Assembly: GCA_038895675.1 (NCBI GenBank)
Contig: JAWANB010000003.1
Coordinates: forward strand, 1 to 32,554
Direction of reading: 5' to 3'
Length of the DNA stretch: 32,554 nucleotides
From: Candidatus Iainarchaeum sp.
Lineage (GTDB): Archaea > Iainarchaeota > Iainarchaeia > Iainarchaeales > Iainarchaeaceae
The notes beneath the pieces were generated by a model. That model was not told the origin of the DNA. It did no database searches and was given only the letters and a program-made list of their open reading frames with translations. Positions 14,807 through 25,308 of the stretch are shown here, piece after piece; position 1 is the stretch's first letter; the number at the start of each line of letters is the position of its first letter. The position numbers and the translations under genes were made by a program.

Positions 14807-15781
14807 ATGCCAATAATTAGTCAAGAAGAGCAAACAACAAATTTTAACCCTAATACCATAGATTATGGAAAAATAATAGTTGACTCTTTAAAAAGTATTA
14901 TCACGAGTAGTGCCTCGCGAAAATTTTATATGGTAAACGTTCTGTTTAACTTATTATTATATAGCATAACTTTTTTAGGTGTATTGAGTTTTTTTAGCGG
15001 ATTAGGTTATAATAACCAACAAGAACAAATGACACAAAAAATAATAGAAATTATTATTACTAACATAACAAACCCTATGAATCTTACTCAAACATTGTTT
15101 GGCATTTTTTTATTATTTTTAGCTATCATTATTGTAGTTTCAGGGATAAATTATTATATCATTGGTTGGGGTATTTCAAAAATACTTGAAGAATTGGAAG
15201 GAACTCAAAAAAACTTTGGATTATTAACTTGGGCAAAACTACTCGTACTAAATATTTGGAACGTAATAGTGGCTTTCACTTCACTTCTTGATAAAAAATT
15301 TCTTATGTTTTTTATTGGAATAATATTCTTAAGTATTGGTTCAGTAGTTTTAATGATTATGACTACAGTCAATCCAATGTTTGCTTTAATAGCATCACTA
15401 CTTTTTATTTTGGTTCTTGTTTTAGGAATAATTTATTTTTTTATAATCATTTACAACTTGTTAAGATTACATTTAGCCCAATTTTATCTTATAGACAACA
15501 ATGAAAAAGGGGTTATAGAATCAACAAAAAAAACTTGGGAAATTACGAAAGGAAAAGTAATTAGCATGCTTGTTTTGATTGTTATTATAATTATTATTTC
15601 TTTCCTTATTAATCTCCCACTATCATTTATTAATGGAATTATAGAATTATTAGTTTTTAATTCGGAAGCAAAATTGATTTTACAAATAATATTTAATTTG
15701 ATAAGTATTCTAATCGAAAGCTACTTGACTGTGTTTAACTTAAACGCCATGGCGAGATTTTACTTAGCAATAAAGGAATAA
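14807..15781 (+). CDS. Hypothetical polytopic membrane protein
   Basis: 324 aa with about 6-7 TM segments; GVIESTKKTWEITKGK motif typical of uncharacterised membrane families. Confidence 0.8.
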   Translation: MPIISQEEQTTNFNPNTIDYGKIIVDSLKSIITSSASRKFYMVNVLFNLLLYSITFLGVLSFFSGLGYNNQQEQMTQKIIEIIITNITNPMNLTQTLFGIFLLFLAIIIVVSGINYYIIGWGISKILEELEGTQKNFGLLTWAKLLVLNIWNVIVAFTSLLDKKFLMFFIGIIFLSIGSVVLMIMTTVNPMFALIASLLFILVLVLGIIYFFIIIYNLLRLHLAQFYLIDNNEKGVIESTKKTWEITKGKVISMLVLIVIIIIISFLINLPLSFINGIIELLVFNSEAKLILQIIFNLISILIESYLTVFNLNAMARFYLAIKE

Positions 15782-15785
15782 AAAA

Positions 15786-16067
15786 ATGATTGAATTGAAA
15801 GAGTTTGTAGCCAAGCCTTGCAATTCAAGAACTGCTTTTGAATTTATTCCTGCAAAAGAATACAATATTGAACTTGAAAAAACAGCAAAAAAATTGAGAG
15901 AAAAAAACGTTTTTGTAGAAATAGAAACTCCTTACTTGCTAATGCTCAAACTTGAAAACCACGACTTGACTTTTTTTAAGAGCGGGAAAATAGTTGTAAA
16001 AGGAACAAAAGAAAAAAAAGAAGCAACGAAAATAGCACAACTTCTAATTGAAAGAATAAATTCGTGA
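15786..16067 (+). CDS. Small hypothetical protein, possible single TBP-like fold
   Basis: 93 aa; helix-strand pattern ending in LTFFKSGKIVVKGTKEKKEATKIAQLL. Confidence 0.75.
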   Translation: MIELKEFVAKPCNSRTAFEFIPAKEYNIELEKTAKKLREKNVFVEIETPYLLMLKLENHDLTFFKSGKIVVKGTKEKKEATKIAQLLIERINS

Positions 16068-16386
16068 AAAAAAACAAGGAAATAATAAAAAAAACGAAAT
16101 AAATAGTTGAAGAAAAACTCATCAAAAAAACAAACAAAAGACTAACGACAAAAAAAGACTAAAAATAAAAAAATACGACTAAAATTATGAGCAAGCTAAC
16201 AAAAGTGTCTCTGTAGAAATGATTTAAAAACAAACAAAAACAACGACTAAAAAACGACTAACAAGCACAAAGTCCTGAAAAAGACTTTTAAAACCAAAAA
16301 CAAAAAACGACTTGAAAAAGCGAGCACTATTTCTACAAAGCTAACAAAAGCAAAAGTTTAAAGGCAAAGAAAAGTAATTTATTAAA
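16068..16386. repeat. A-rich low-complexity spacer with dispersed (AC/AA)GACT repeats
   Basis: Several copies of ACGACT/AAGACT separated by A-runs between about 16138 and 16313. Confidence 0.45.
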
Positions 16387-17262
16387 ATGCTCGTTTTTGG
16401 ACTTTCTCAAGGACAAATAGCAAAAAACATAGCTTTGCATTTAGGTGTTTCTCTTGGAAAAATAGAAACAAAGCATTTTCCTGATGGGGAACTTTACATA
16501 AGATTTCTTAACAACCTTGAAAACCAAGAAGTGGTGTTAGTTCAAAGTACTCATCCTGAGCCAGACAAAAAATTAGTTGAACTTTTTTTTGCTGGAAGAA
16601 CGGCAAAAGAATTGGGAGCTAAAAAAGTGATTGGTGTTCTGCCTTACTTGTGTTATATGAGGCAAGATAAAAGGTTTAAGGAAGGCGAATGCGTTTCAAA
16701 CAAAATGATGGCTTTTATGTTAAATCATTGTCTTGACAAAATAATTACCGTTGATCCTCACTTGCACAGAGTAAAAAGCCTTGCAGAACTTTTTCATATA
16801 GAGTGGAAAAAAGTAAGTGCAAACAATAAAATTGCAGAATTCATAACTAAAAATTTCAATAAAAAACAATGCATCATAATAGGCCCTGACATTGAAAGTA
16901 GTCAATGGGCAAAAAGAATAGCTGAAAAAATAGGTTTTGAGTCAGGAATATTTTTGAAAACAAGGTATAGTTCTAGAAAAGTTTCTTTGAAAGAAGAACA
17001 AAAAATAAAAGTCAAAGGAAAAAAAGTAATTATCGTTGATGATATAGTTAGCTCAGGACATACCATGCTTGAAGCAATAAAAGAAGTTAAAAAGAGAGGG
17101 GCTAAAGAAGTGGATTGTGTTTGTATTCATGGAATTTTTGCTGAAAATTCTTACGAGAAAATAGTTAAAGTAAAAGCAAAGGTGTTTAGTTGTAACACCA
17201 TAATTCACAAATCAAACAAAATTGATGTTAGTGAAGAAATTGCGAAAGCACTAAAAGAATAA
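16387..17262 (+). CDS. prs: Ribose-phosphate pyrophosphokinase
   Basis: FPDGELYIR, PYLCYMRQDK, VDPH, GPD, IIVDDIVSSGHT PRPP-binding motif. Confidence 0.96.
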   Translation: MLVFGLSQGQIAKNIALHLGVSLGKIETKHFPDGELYIRFLNNLENQEVVLVQSTHPEPDKKLVELFFAGRTAKELGAKKVIGVLPYLCYMRQDKRFKEGECVSNKMMAFMLNHCLDKIITVDPHLHRVKSLAELFHIEWKKVSANNKIAEFITKNFNKKQCIIIGPDIESSQWAKRIAEKIGFESGIFLKTRYSSRKVSLKEEQKIKVKGKKVIIVDDIVSSGHTMLEAIKEVKKRGAKEVDCVCIHGIFAENSYEKIVKVKAKVFSCNTIIHKSNKIDVSEEIAKALKE

Positions 17263-17269
17263 AATTGAA

Positions 17270-17890
17270 TTATTTTTCTAAGAAAATGTTTACTCCTGCA
17301 AGGATTTCTTCTTTACCTTTGCCTAAAACTACTTCAAAACCGCTGACCTTAAAGTTTTCCAAAAAACCTTTGCTGACCATTTCTTGCAGTTCTTTTATTT
17401 CTTTTTCTTGTATTTCTGCAATTCCTTGTTTGTCAGAGTAAAGGTCTGAGGTTCTAAAAGACAAAAAGGCTTTTCCTTGCTCAGCTAAGCTTTCGTAAGT
17501 TTTTTTTACTATTTTTTCTGGTTCTCCTATTTCGTGTAAAGCTCTAAAAGAAAAAACAAAGTCAACATTTTTTGGGAAATCTACATCTAAAGCATCTCCT
17601 GCTATGATTTTGTCTGGTTTGTTTTGAGGAACTAGTAGGTCAATACCAATAGTTTCAATTTTTTCTTTGAAAATCTTTTTTAAGTCCAATAAAAAACCTG
17701 CGTTTCCACAACCTATGTCAAGCACTAAAACTTTTTCTTTTTCTTTGGTTTTTTTCTCTATAATGTTTGCAATGCTTTCTTTGAAGCCCATATTTTTGAA
17801 AAAAAAGTCATATAATTGTAATGAGTTTTCTGATTCAACTATGCCTAAAGAATATTTTTGCAAGTATTTTCTCACTATTTCTCTTCTCAT
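17270..17890 (-). CDS. Class I SAM-dependent methyltransferase
   Basis: VLDIGCGNAG motif I, GIDL, GDAL, DFVFSFRALHE. Confidence 0.88.
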   Translation of the reverse strand: MRREIVRKYLQKYSLGIVESENSLQLYDFFFKNMGFKESIANIIEKKTKEKEKVLVLDIGCGNAGFLLDLKKIFKEKIETIGIDLLVPQNKPDKIIAGDALDVDFPKNVDFVFSFRALHEIGEPEKIVKKTYESLAEQGKAFLSFRTSDLYSDKQGIAEIQEKEIKELQEMVSKGFLENFKVSGFEVVLGKGKEEILAGVNIFLEK

Positions 17891-17926
17891 AAGACAAAAG
17901 TAAAGCACTCAAAATATAAATTAATA

Positions 17927-18010
17927 CGCGGAGGGCGAGATTCGAACTCGCGCACCCTTTCGGGTACCAGCTCTCGAGGCTGGCGCATTAGACCGCTCTG
18001 CCACCTCCGC
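17927..18010 (-). tRNA. tRNA-Ser (anticodon CGA), no intron, CCA not encoded
   Basis: GCGGAGG/CCTCCGC acceptor stem, G discriminator, anticodon arm CCAGC-CTCGAGA-GCTGG, long variable arm TACCC-GAAA-GGGTG, T-arm GCGAG-TTCGAAT-CTCGC. Confidence 0.96.
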
Positions 18011-18011
18011 T

Positions 18012-18602
18012 TTAGACTTTTATTCCTTCTTTAGATAATTCCGCTACAAAGGTTTCAAAATTCTTGAATTTTATTGTTTTAAAACCCAAGAGCTTTGCAG
18101 TTAAAATATTCTTTAAAGAATCATCAACAAACAAGCAGTCTTTGGCTTTGTTGTTTGTTTTTTCTAAAACTATTTTGAAAGCCGTTGGTTTAGGTTTTAC
18201 TTTTCCTATTTCATTTGAAAGGAAAGTTTTCTTGAAAATTTTGTAAAAACCTATTTTTTTGTAAGCTTTTGCTTGCAGGTCATTTGAGTTTGATAGGCAG
18301 TAAATATCATAGTTTTTCTTTAGCTTTTTGCATAACTCAAACATTTTTTTTACTTTTTTAGCTTTGGAATATTCTCTAATTATTATATCTAACAAAACTT
18401 TTTTTTCTATGCCTGGATATAATTTTTGCCATAACCAAATTGCTGGTTTTTTTCCTTCTTGGACCAAAGTTAATTCTAATGGAAAAAACAATTGCAACAA
18501 CTTAAAATTTTTCTTACTTGAACCTAATTTTTCATGAATAGCGTTTTCAGGCGGTTCTTCAACGAAAACACCGTTAAAATCAAATATTATTGTTTTTATC
18601 AT
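18012..18602 (-). CDS. HAD-superfamily (subfamily IA) hydrolase/phosphatase
   Basis: IIFDFNGV motif I, LSNS motif II, KPKP motif III, FVDDSLKNI motif IV. Confidence 0.92.
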   Translation of the reverse strand: MIKTIIFDFNGVFVEEPPENAIHEKLGSSKKNFKLLQLFFPLELTLVQEGKKPAIWLWQKLYPGIEKKVLLDIIIREYSKAKKVKKMFELCKKLKKNYDIYCLSNSNDLQAKAYKKIGFYKIFKKTFLSNEIGKVKPKPTAFKIVLEKTNNKAKDCLFVDDSLKNILTAKLLGFKTIKFKNFETFVAELSKEGIKV

Positions 18603-19444
18603 TCAGAGGTTCTCCATGAATTTAAGTCGTTGAAAGATCCTGTGATTGTTATTGCGTCTTTCGTAATTTCGGCTTTCATGGTTGAAGAAAATATTTTTAT
18701 TGAGTTTTTTTCTAAAACATTTTTTTTGTTCAAAATAAACTCTATTACATTTGGCAATGAAGTTTTTGTTATCGTCATTTGTTGACCTCTGGGTTTTAAG
18801 CCTAATTTTTCTCCTAAAGAAGTTATGAAGTCTTGGTCTAAGCACTCTAAAGTGAATTCGTTTTCTTGTATTGCGGAAAAATTGTTGGATAGTAAATCTA
18901 AAGTCTTTTCTGTTAATGGTTTTTTTACGGAGTCGTAAAATCCAAGTTCTTTTAATACTGATATTTGGTCTCTGAAAACTTTTGAAATGTATTCTAAATG
19001 CTTTGCTTTGCTCTCTACTTGTGAAAGAATTCTTTCTAAGTCTGATATACTAAAGTCTAATGAGCTTTTTGAGGTCTTAAGCAAGTCTTTGTCTTGTCTT
19101 CCTCTTTCAATCATGATTTGGAGTTTTTCAACTATAAAGTCTATTTGGTTTTCTGGTTTTTTTTCTTTTAGCAAGGCGTTAATATTCAAAACTAACTTGT
19201 TTTTCATTGCTGAATAGATTTCTGCTTGGCCTTTTTCAAGCAAATAAAACTTGTTTTCTTTTTTTTCAATCATGCCTAAAGCTGAAAGGTCTTTAAGAGA
19301 TCTTGACAAAGCAGCTCTTGCTGAGTTAAGATTTGAATAGGAAGAAGCGAATTTGCCTAACATAGAATTATAGTCTATGCCTGGGTTTTGTTTTACTATA
19401 AGCAATATGGCGCTTTTTGTAGTCATAAGTAAATTTTTTAGCAC
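18599..19444 (-). CDS. Hypothetical protein with N-terminal winged-helix domain
   Basis: ILLIVKQNPGIDY...ALSRSLKDLSALGMIEKKENKFYLLEKG wHTH pattern, then coiled coil; 4-bp overlap with the HAD gene. Start may be ATG 19426. Confidence 0.75.
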   Translation of the reverse strand: MLKNLLMTTKSAILLIVKQNPGIDYNSMLGKFASSYSNLNSARAALSRSLKDLSALGMIEKKENKFYLLEKGQAEIYSAMKNKLVLNINALLKEKKPENQIDFIVEKLQIMIERGRQDKDLLKTSKSSLDFSISDLERILSQVESKAKHLEYISKVFRDQISVLKELGFYDSVKKPLTEKTLDLLSNNFSAIQENEFTLECLDQDFITSLGEKLGLKPRGQQMTITKTSLPNVIEFILNKKNVLEKNSIKIFSSTMKAEITKDAITITGSFNDLNSWRTSE

Positions 19445-19524
19445 AAAATTAAAAATAGGAGTAGATTAAAGAAAATTTCAAAAATAACGCAAATGACACG
19501 ACAACACAGTAAGGTTTTTAATAA

Positions 19525-20947
<1,423 letters not shown>

Positions 20948-21874
20948 ATGCCTAATGCAGAATTGAAAACGGTTTTTTGCAAAATAGAGTTGAAAAACCC
21001 TTTAAGACTTGCTTCAGGAATACTTGGAGTCAATGCTGGTCAATTGATAAGAGTTGCAAAAGAAGGTGCTGGTGCAGTAACAATGAAAAGCATAGGGCCA
21101 AAAGAAAGAAACGGCCATAAAAATCCAACTGTTATAGAATGGGAACATGGCTTGTTGAATGCTGTTGGCCTGCCAACTCCAGGCTACAAAAACTATGACC
21201 AAGAATTTGAAGAATTGAAAGAACTTAAAAAATTGAAGACGCCTTTAATAGCAAGTATTTATGGAACCAAATGGCAAGAGTTTATTGAAGTTGCAAAGTA
21301 TGTTGCTGAAAAAAAGCCAGAATTTATTGAGCTTGACATTTCTTGCCCTAACACAGAATGGCAAGACAAGCAATTTGCACAAGACCCAAAAATTTCAGCT
21401 AAAATAGTTTCAGAAGTAAAAAACGTGGTTGGGAAAATACCAGTAATAGCAAAGCTAACGCCAGCTGTTGCTTCGCCTGTTGAAATAGCACTTGCATGTG
21501 AAGAAGCTGGAGCTGATGCTATTTGTGCCTGTAATACAATGCCTGGAATGCTAATTGATGTTGATGCAAAAAAACCTATTTTAGCTTTCAAAAAAGGCGG
21601 TGTTAGTGGGCCTGCTTTAAAGCCAATAAACTTGAAAATAACTTATGACTTGTTTGAGAAAATACAAGTTCCTATAATAGGAGAAGGCGGCATAACTTCT
21701 GGAAAAGATGCTTTAGAGTACATTATGGCAGGAGCAACTATGTGTGGTATAGGAAGCGCTGTTTGGCTTTATGGGCCAAGCGTTTTTAGTAAAATCAATT
21801 TAGAAATACTTGAATGGATGAATGAAAATGGTTATTCGAAAATAAAAGAATTGCAGGGGTTAGCGCATGGTTGA
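20948..21874 (+). CDS. pyrD: Dihydroorotate dehydrogenase family 1B catalytic subunit
   Basis: LKNPLRLASG, LNAVGL, ISCPN catalytic Cys, AKLTP, GGVSGPALKP, IIGEGGI. Confidence 0.96.
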   Translation: MPNAELKTVFCKIELKNPLRLASGILGVNAGQLIRVAKEGAGAVTMKSIGPKERNGHKNPTVIEWEHGLLNAVGLPTPGYKNYDQEFEELKELKKLKTPLIASIYGTKWQEFIEVAKYVAEKKPEFIELDISCPNTEWQDKQFAQDPKISAKIVSEVKNVVGKIPVIAKLTPAVASPVEIALACEEAGADAICACNTMPGMLIDVDAKKPILAFKKGGVSGPALKPINLKITYDLFEKIQVPIIGEGGITSGKDALEYIMAGATMCGIGSAVWLYGPSVFSKINLEILEWMNENGYSKIKELQGLAHG

Positions 21875-22691
21875 ATGGAAATGTGAAACTAAATTGAGGG
21901 TAGTAAAAATAGAAGATGTGAGAGAAGAATTTTCTGAGAATAAAACTTTTTTTCTTGATGCTGAAATCAGTTTTGAGCCAGGGCAATTTGTCATGGTTTG
22001 GCTTCCAGGCGTTGACGAAAAACCTATTGCGTTAATACCTAACAAAAAAAAAATCGCAATTAACATAGAAGGCAAAGGTGTTGCAACAAAAAAAATGCTT
22101 GCCTTAAAAAAAGGAGATAAAATATGGATTAGAGGCCCGTATGGAAGACCATTCAACACGAATGGAGTAAAAAAGGCAATTATAGTAGCAGGTGGCGTCG
22201 GGATAGACTCAATAATAATGTTAGCAAAAAAACTATTTGAAAAAAATTGCAAAACAAAAATAATTTTAGGAGGAAGAACAAAAGAAAGAATAATCTTTGA
22301 AAAAGAACTTAACGATTATGGTGAAATTTTTGTTTCTACTGATGATGGCTCTTATGGGGAAAAAGGGTACAATACACAAATACTTGAAAGGCTTTTGGCA
22401 AAAGAAAAATTTGACAAAGTATACGCTTGTGGCCCTGAATTAATGGAAGTAAAGGCAATGGAAATAAGTTTAAAATACAACACAGAATTTGAGGCTTCTG
22501 TTGAAAGGTATATGAAGTGCGGAATAGGAGTTTGTGGCGAATGCGTGATTGATGATAAACTCGTTTGTTTTGATGGCCCTGTTTTTAATGACAAAGACTT
22601 AAAACAAATGAAAGAATTTGGAAAAACAGCTTACTTAAAAAGTGGAAAAAGAGTTAGCCTTGAAGAATACTATAAGTGGCGAGAACAATGA
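21867..22691 (+). CDS. pyrK: Dihydroorotate dehydrogenase electron transfer subunit
   Basis: PGQFVMVW, RGPYG, VAGGVG, CGP, MKCGIGVCGEC...VCFDGPVF 2Fe-2S motif. Confidence 0.96.
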   Translation: MVEWKCETKLRVVKIEDVREEFSENKTFFLDAEISFEPGQFVMVWLPGVDEKPIALIPNKKKIAINIEGKGVATKKMLALKKGDKIWIRGPYGRPFNTNGVKKAIIVAGGVGIDSIIMLAKKLFEKNCKTKIILGGRTKERIIFEKELNDYGEIFVSTDDGSYGEKGYNTQILERLLAKEKFDKVYACGPELMEVKAMEISLKYNTEFEASVERYMKCGIGVCGECVIDDKLVCFDGPVFNDKDLKQMKEFGKTAYLKSGKRVSLEEYYKWREQ

Positions 22692-23971
22692 GCATAGCTT
22701 TGATAAATGGCAGAGCATACATAAATGGTAAGTTAATGCAAAAAAATTTGTTAATAGAAGATGGGTTAATAAAGTACATAGGAAATGAAAAACCTAAAGC
22801 AGAAAAAGAAATAGATTGCAAACGTAAAATTGTTTTACCTGGAGCAATAGATTGCCATGTACATTTTAGAGTGCCTGGGCAAGAATATAAGGAAGACTGG
22901 GTTTCTGGTTCTTTAGCCGCATTACATGGAGGCGTAACAACAGTCATGGACATGCCGAACAATATTCCAATAATAGACACTTATGAAAAACTCTTGAAAA
23001 AACACCAACTTGTTTCAAAAAGCGCATTAGTCAACTTTGCTTTATACATGGCTGCAACAGAAAATAACCTTCAAGAAATAGAACTTGCTTGTAATGATGA
23101 AAACATTAGTTTGAAAGCTGTTAAATTGTACTATGGAAAAACAACCGGTGAATTTTTTTTAGATGACGAAAACTCTATTATAAAAATTTTTGAGTTATCA
23201 AAAAAACACGATATTGTAGTAGTGGCTCATGCAGAAGACAACAAAACAATAATGGAAAATGAAAAGCTTTTTGCACAAAATAATTGGCCTGAAATACATT
23301 CCTTAATAAGAAATGAAGAAGTGGAAGCCAAAGCAATTTCAAAACTTTTGAGCATACAAAAAAAAATTGGAAACAAATTACATTTTGCACATGTATCCTC
23401 AAAAAAAGGGCTTAAATTGATAGAGGAAACAAAGAAAAATAAAAATGAAAGCAGAATAACTTGCGAAGTAACTCCGAATCATCTTTTTTTAGATTCCAAC
23501 AAATACAAAATTTTAGGCAACTTAATCAAATGTAATCCTTCAATAAAAGGGCCTGAACATAGAAAGGCTCTTTATTATGGCTTAAAGAAAGGCATTGTAG
23601 ATATTATTGCGACTGACCATGCGCCACATACTTTAGAAGAAAAAAATAAGGATTATCGTGAAGCTCCTTCTGGCATACCAGGTGTTGAAACAATGGTGCC
23701 TTTAATTCTAAACGAGGTTAACAACAAAAGAATAAGCTTGGAAAGGGCGATAAAAGTAATTTGCGAAAACCCTGCCAAAATATTTGGTTGGAAAAAAAAA
23801 GGTTTTATTGCTCAAGGCTTTGATGCAGACTTGATAATAGTTGACATGAAAAAAAGTTTTTTAGTGGAAAATTCAAGGCTATTTACTAAAGCAAAGTATT
23901 CTCCTTTTGCAGGAAATTTATTAAAAGGTTTTATTGAACAAACAATTGTTAGAGGACAGACTTATGGATGA
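22688..23971 (+). CDS. pyrC: Dihydroorotase
   Basis: PGAIDCHVHFR, GGVTTVMDMPN, HAED, HVSS, CEVTPNHL, ATDHAPH; ATGA overlap with pyrK. Confidence 0.95.
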   Translation: MSIALINGRAYINGKLMQKNLLIEDGLIKYIGNEKPKAEKEIDCKRKIVLPGAIDCHVHFRVPGQEYKEDWVSGSLAALHGGVTTVMDMPNNIPIIDTYEKLLKKHQLVSKSALVNFALYMAATENNLQEIELACNDENISLKAVKLYYGKTTGEFFLDDENSIIKIFELSKKHDIVVVAHAEDNKTIMENEKLFAQNNWPEIHSLIRNEEVEAKAISKLLSIQKKIGNKLHFAHVSSKKGLKLIEETKKNKNESRITCEVTPNHLFLDSNKYKILGNLIKCNPSIKGPEHRKALYYGLKKGIVDIIATDHAPHTLEEKNKDYREAPSGIPGVETMVPLILNEVNNKRISLERAIKVICENPAKIFGWKKKGFIAQGFDADLIIVDMKKSFLVENSRLFTKAKYSPFAGNLLKGFIEQTIVRGQTYG

Positions 23972-24572
23972 AAAAGAAGAATTAGCTATAAAACTACAAG
24001 AAATTGGAGCAATAAAATTTGGACTTTTTACTTTGAAGTCCGGTCTTAAAAGCCCAATTTACATTGACTTGAGATTATTGGTTTCTTATCCTCAAGTCTT
24101 GAAAATGGTTGCAAAACAACTAAATAAAGCGGCACACGAAATAAAGTTTGATTGCATTGCAGGAATACCATTTGCAGCTATTTCAATAGCAACTGCTTTA
24201 AGCTTAGAAGGAAATTATAGAGCAATCTTTCCAAGAAAAGATGTGAAAGACTACGGAACAAAAGCAATGGTAGAAGGAAAGTTTAGCCAAGGCGAAGTAG
24301 TTTTAGTAATAGATGACCTAATCACTACAGGAGAAAGCAAGTTTGAAGCAATAGCGCCTCTTGAAAAAGTCGGACTTAAAGTAAAAGACATTTTAGTGCT
24401 AATCGATAGAGAACAAGGAGGAAGTGAAGAGTTAGCCAAAAGTGGAATAAAATTGCATAGTGTTTTCAAGATAACTGAATTAATTGAAATTTTGTATAGG
24501 CATGGAAAGATGGACGAGGCACATTATGAAACAACAAAAAAATACTTTAAAGAAGGTAAGCTAAATGATTGA
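23964..24572 (+). CDS. pyrE: Orotate phosphoribosyltransferase
   Basis: FTLKSGLKSPIYIDLR, RKDVKDYGT, LVIDDLITTGES, IDREQGG. Confidence 0.97.
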   Translation: MDEKEELAIKLQEIGAIKFGLFTLKSGLKSPIYIDLRLLVSYPQVLKMVAKQLNKAAHEIKFDCIAGIPFAAISIATALSLEGNYRAIFPRKDVKDYGTKAMVEGKFSQGEVVLVIDDLITTGESKFEAIAPLEKVGLKVKDILVLIDREQGGSEELAKSGIKLHSVFKITELIEILYRHGKMDEAHYETTKKYFKEGKLND

Positions 24573-25284
24573 ACCAACAATAAAAATACCAAAAAGCATA
24601 GTTCCTTCTTGTGATTTTGATAGCTTGAAAGAACTAGAAGTTTTGGTAAAAGAAACGAGTAATATAGAAATGATTGGGGCTTATAAAATAGGCTTTGAAT
24701 TGGCATTAACTTTTGGCTTGCCGAAAGTTGTTCAAGTTTGCAAAAAACACAGCAAAAAACCAATAATTTACGATCATCAAAAAGCAGGAACTGACGTTCC
24801 ATTCACTGGAGAAAAATTTGCTAAAGTATGCGCAAAAGCCAAAGTAGATTCAGTAATAATATTTCCGCAATCTGGCCCTGAAACTGAATTAGAATGGATT
24901 AAGGCTCTAAAAAAAGAAGGTCTGAAAGTAATAGTTGGCGGTGAAATGACTCACAAAGCGTATTTGGAAGAAGAAGGAGGATTCATAAGGAATTCCGCGC
25001 CAGAAGAAATTTACAGAATAGCTGCAAAAGAAGGCATAAGAGAATTTGTTTTTCCAGGAAACAAGCCAGAAAAGATTTTGAAATACAAAAAAATTCTTGA
25101 AGAATCAAGCATAGAACCTATAATATATTCTCCTGGCTTGATAAGTCAAGGCGGAAGTATTTCTGAGTCAGGCAAAGCAGCAGGAAAAAATTGGCATGCA
25201 ATAGTAGGCAGAGCTTTGTACGAGTCAAAAGACATAAAAAAAACAGCAGTAGAAATGTGCAAAGAACTTCAAAAAAGCATTTAA
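24565..25284 (+). CDS. pyrF: Orotidine-5'-phosphate decarboxylase (divergent)
   Basis: Position at end of pyr operon; CD, YKIG, IYDHQKAGTDVP, SPGLISQGG, IVGRALY. Confidence 0.88.
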   Translation: MIEPTIKIPKSIVPSCDFDSLKELEVLVKETSNIEMIGAYKIGFELALTFGLPKVVQVCKKHSKKPIIYDHQKAGTDVPFTGEKFAKVCAKAKVDSVIIFPQSGPETELEWIKALKKEGLKVIVGGEMTHKAYLEEEGGFIRNSAPEEIYRIAAKEGIREFVFPGNKPEKILKYKKILEESSIEPIIYSPGLISQGGSISESGKAAGKNWHAIVGRALYESKDIKKTAVEMCKELQKSI

Positions 25285-25308
25285 CAACTTAAGAAAAAAA
25301 ATGTTTAT

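Noticed and set aside
16068-16386. CRISPR array or Cas12a-like repeat (ATTTCTAC)
   Set aside because: No regularly spaced 25-40 bp repeats, no closing GTAGAT stem, and no cas genes in the window.
17270-18010. Integrated element at tRNA-Ser
   Set aside because: No integrase and no duplicated tRNA 3' end seen in the window.
18599-19444. wHTH protein as the ScpB/KITE partner of the unusual Smc
   Set aside because: Only one clear wHTH, no ScpB motifs recognised, and it lies 9 kb away; unsupported without a structure search.
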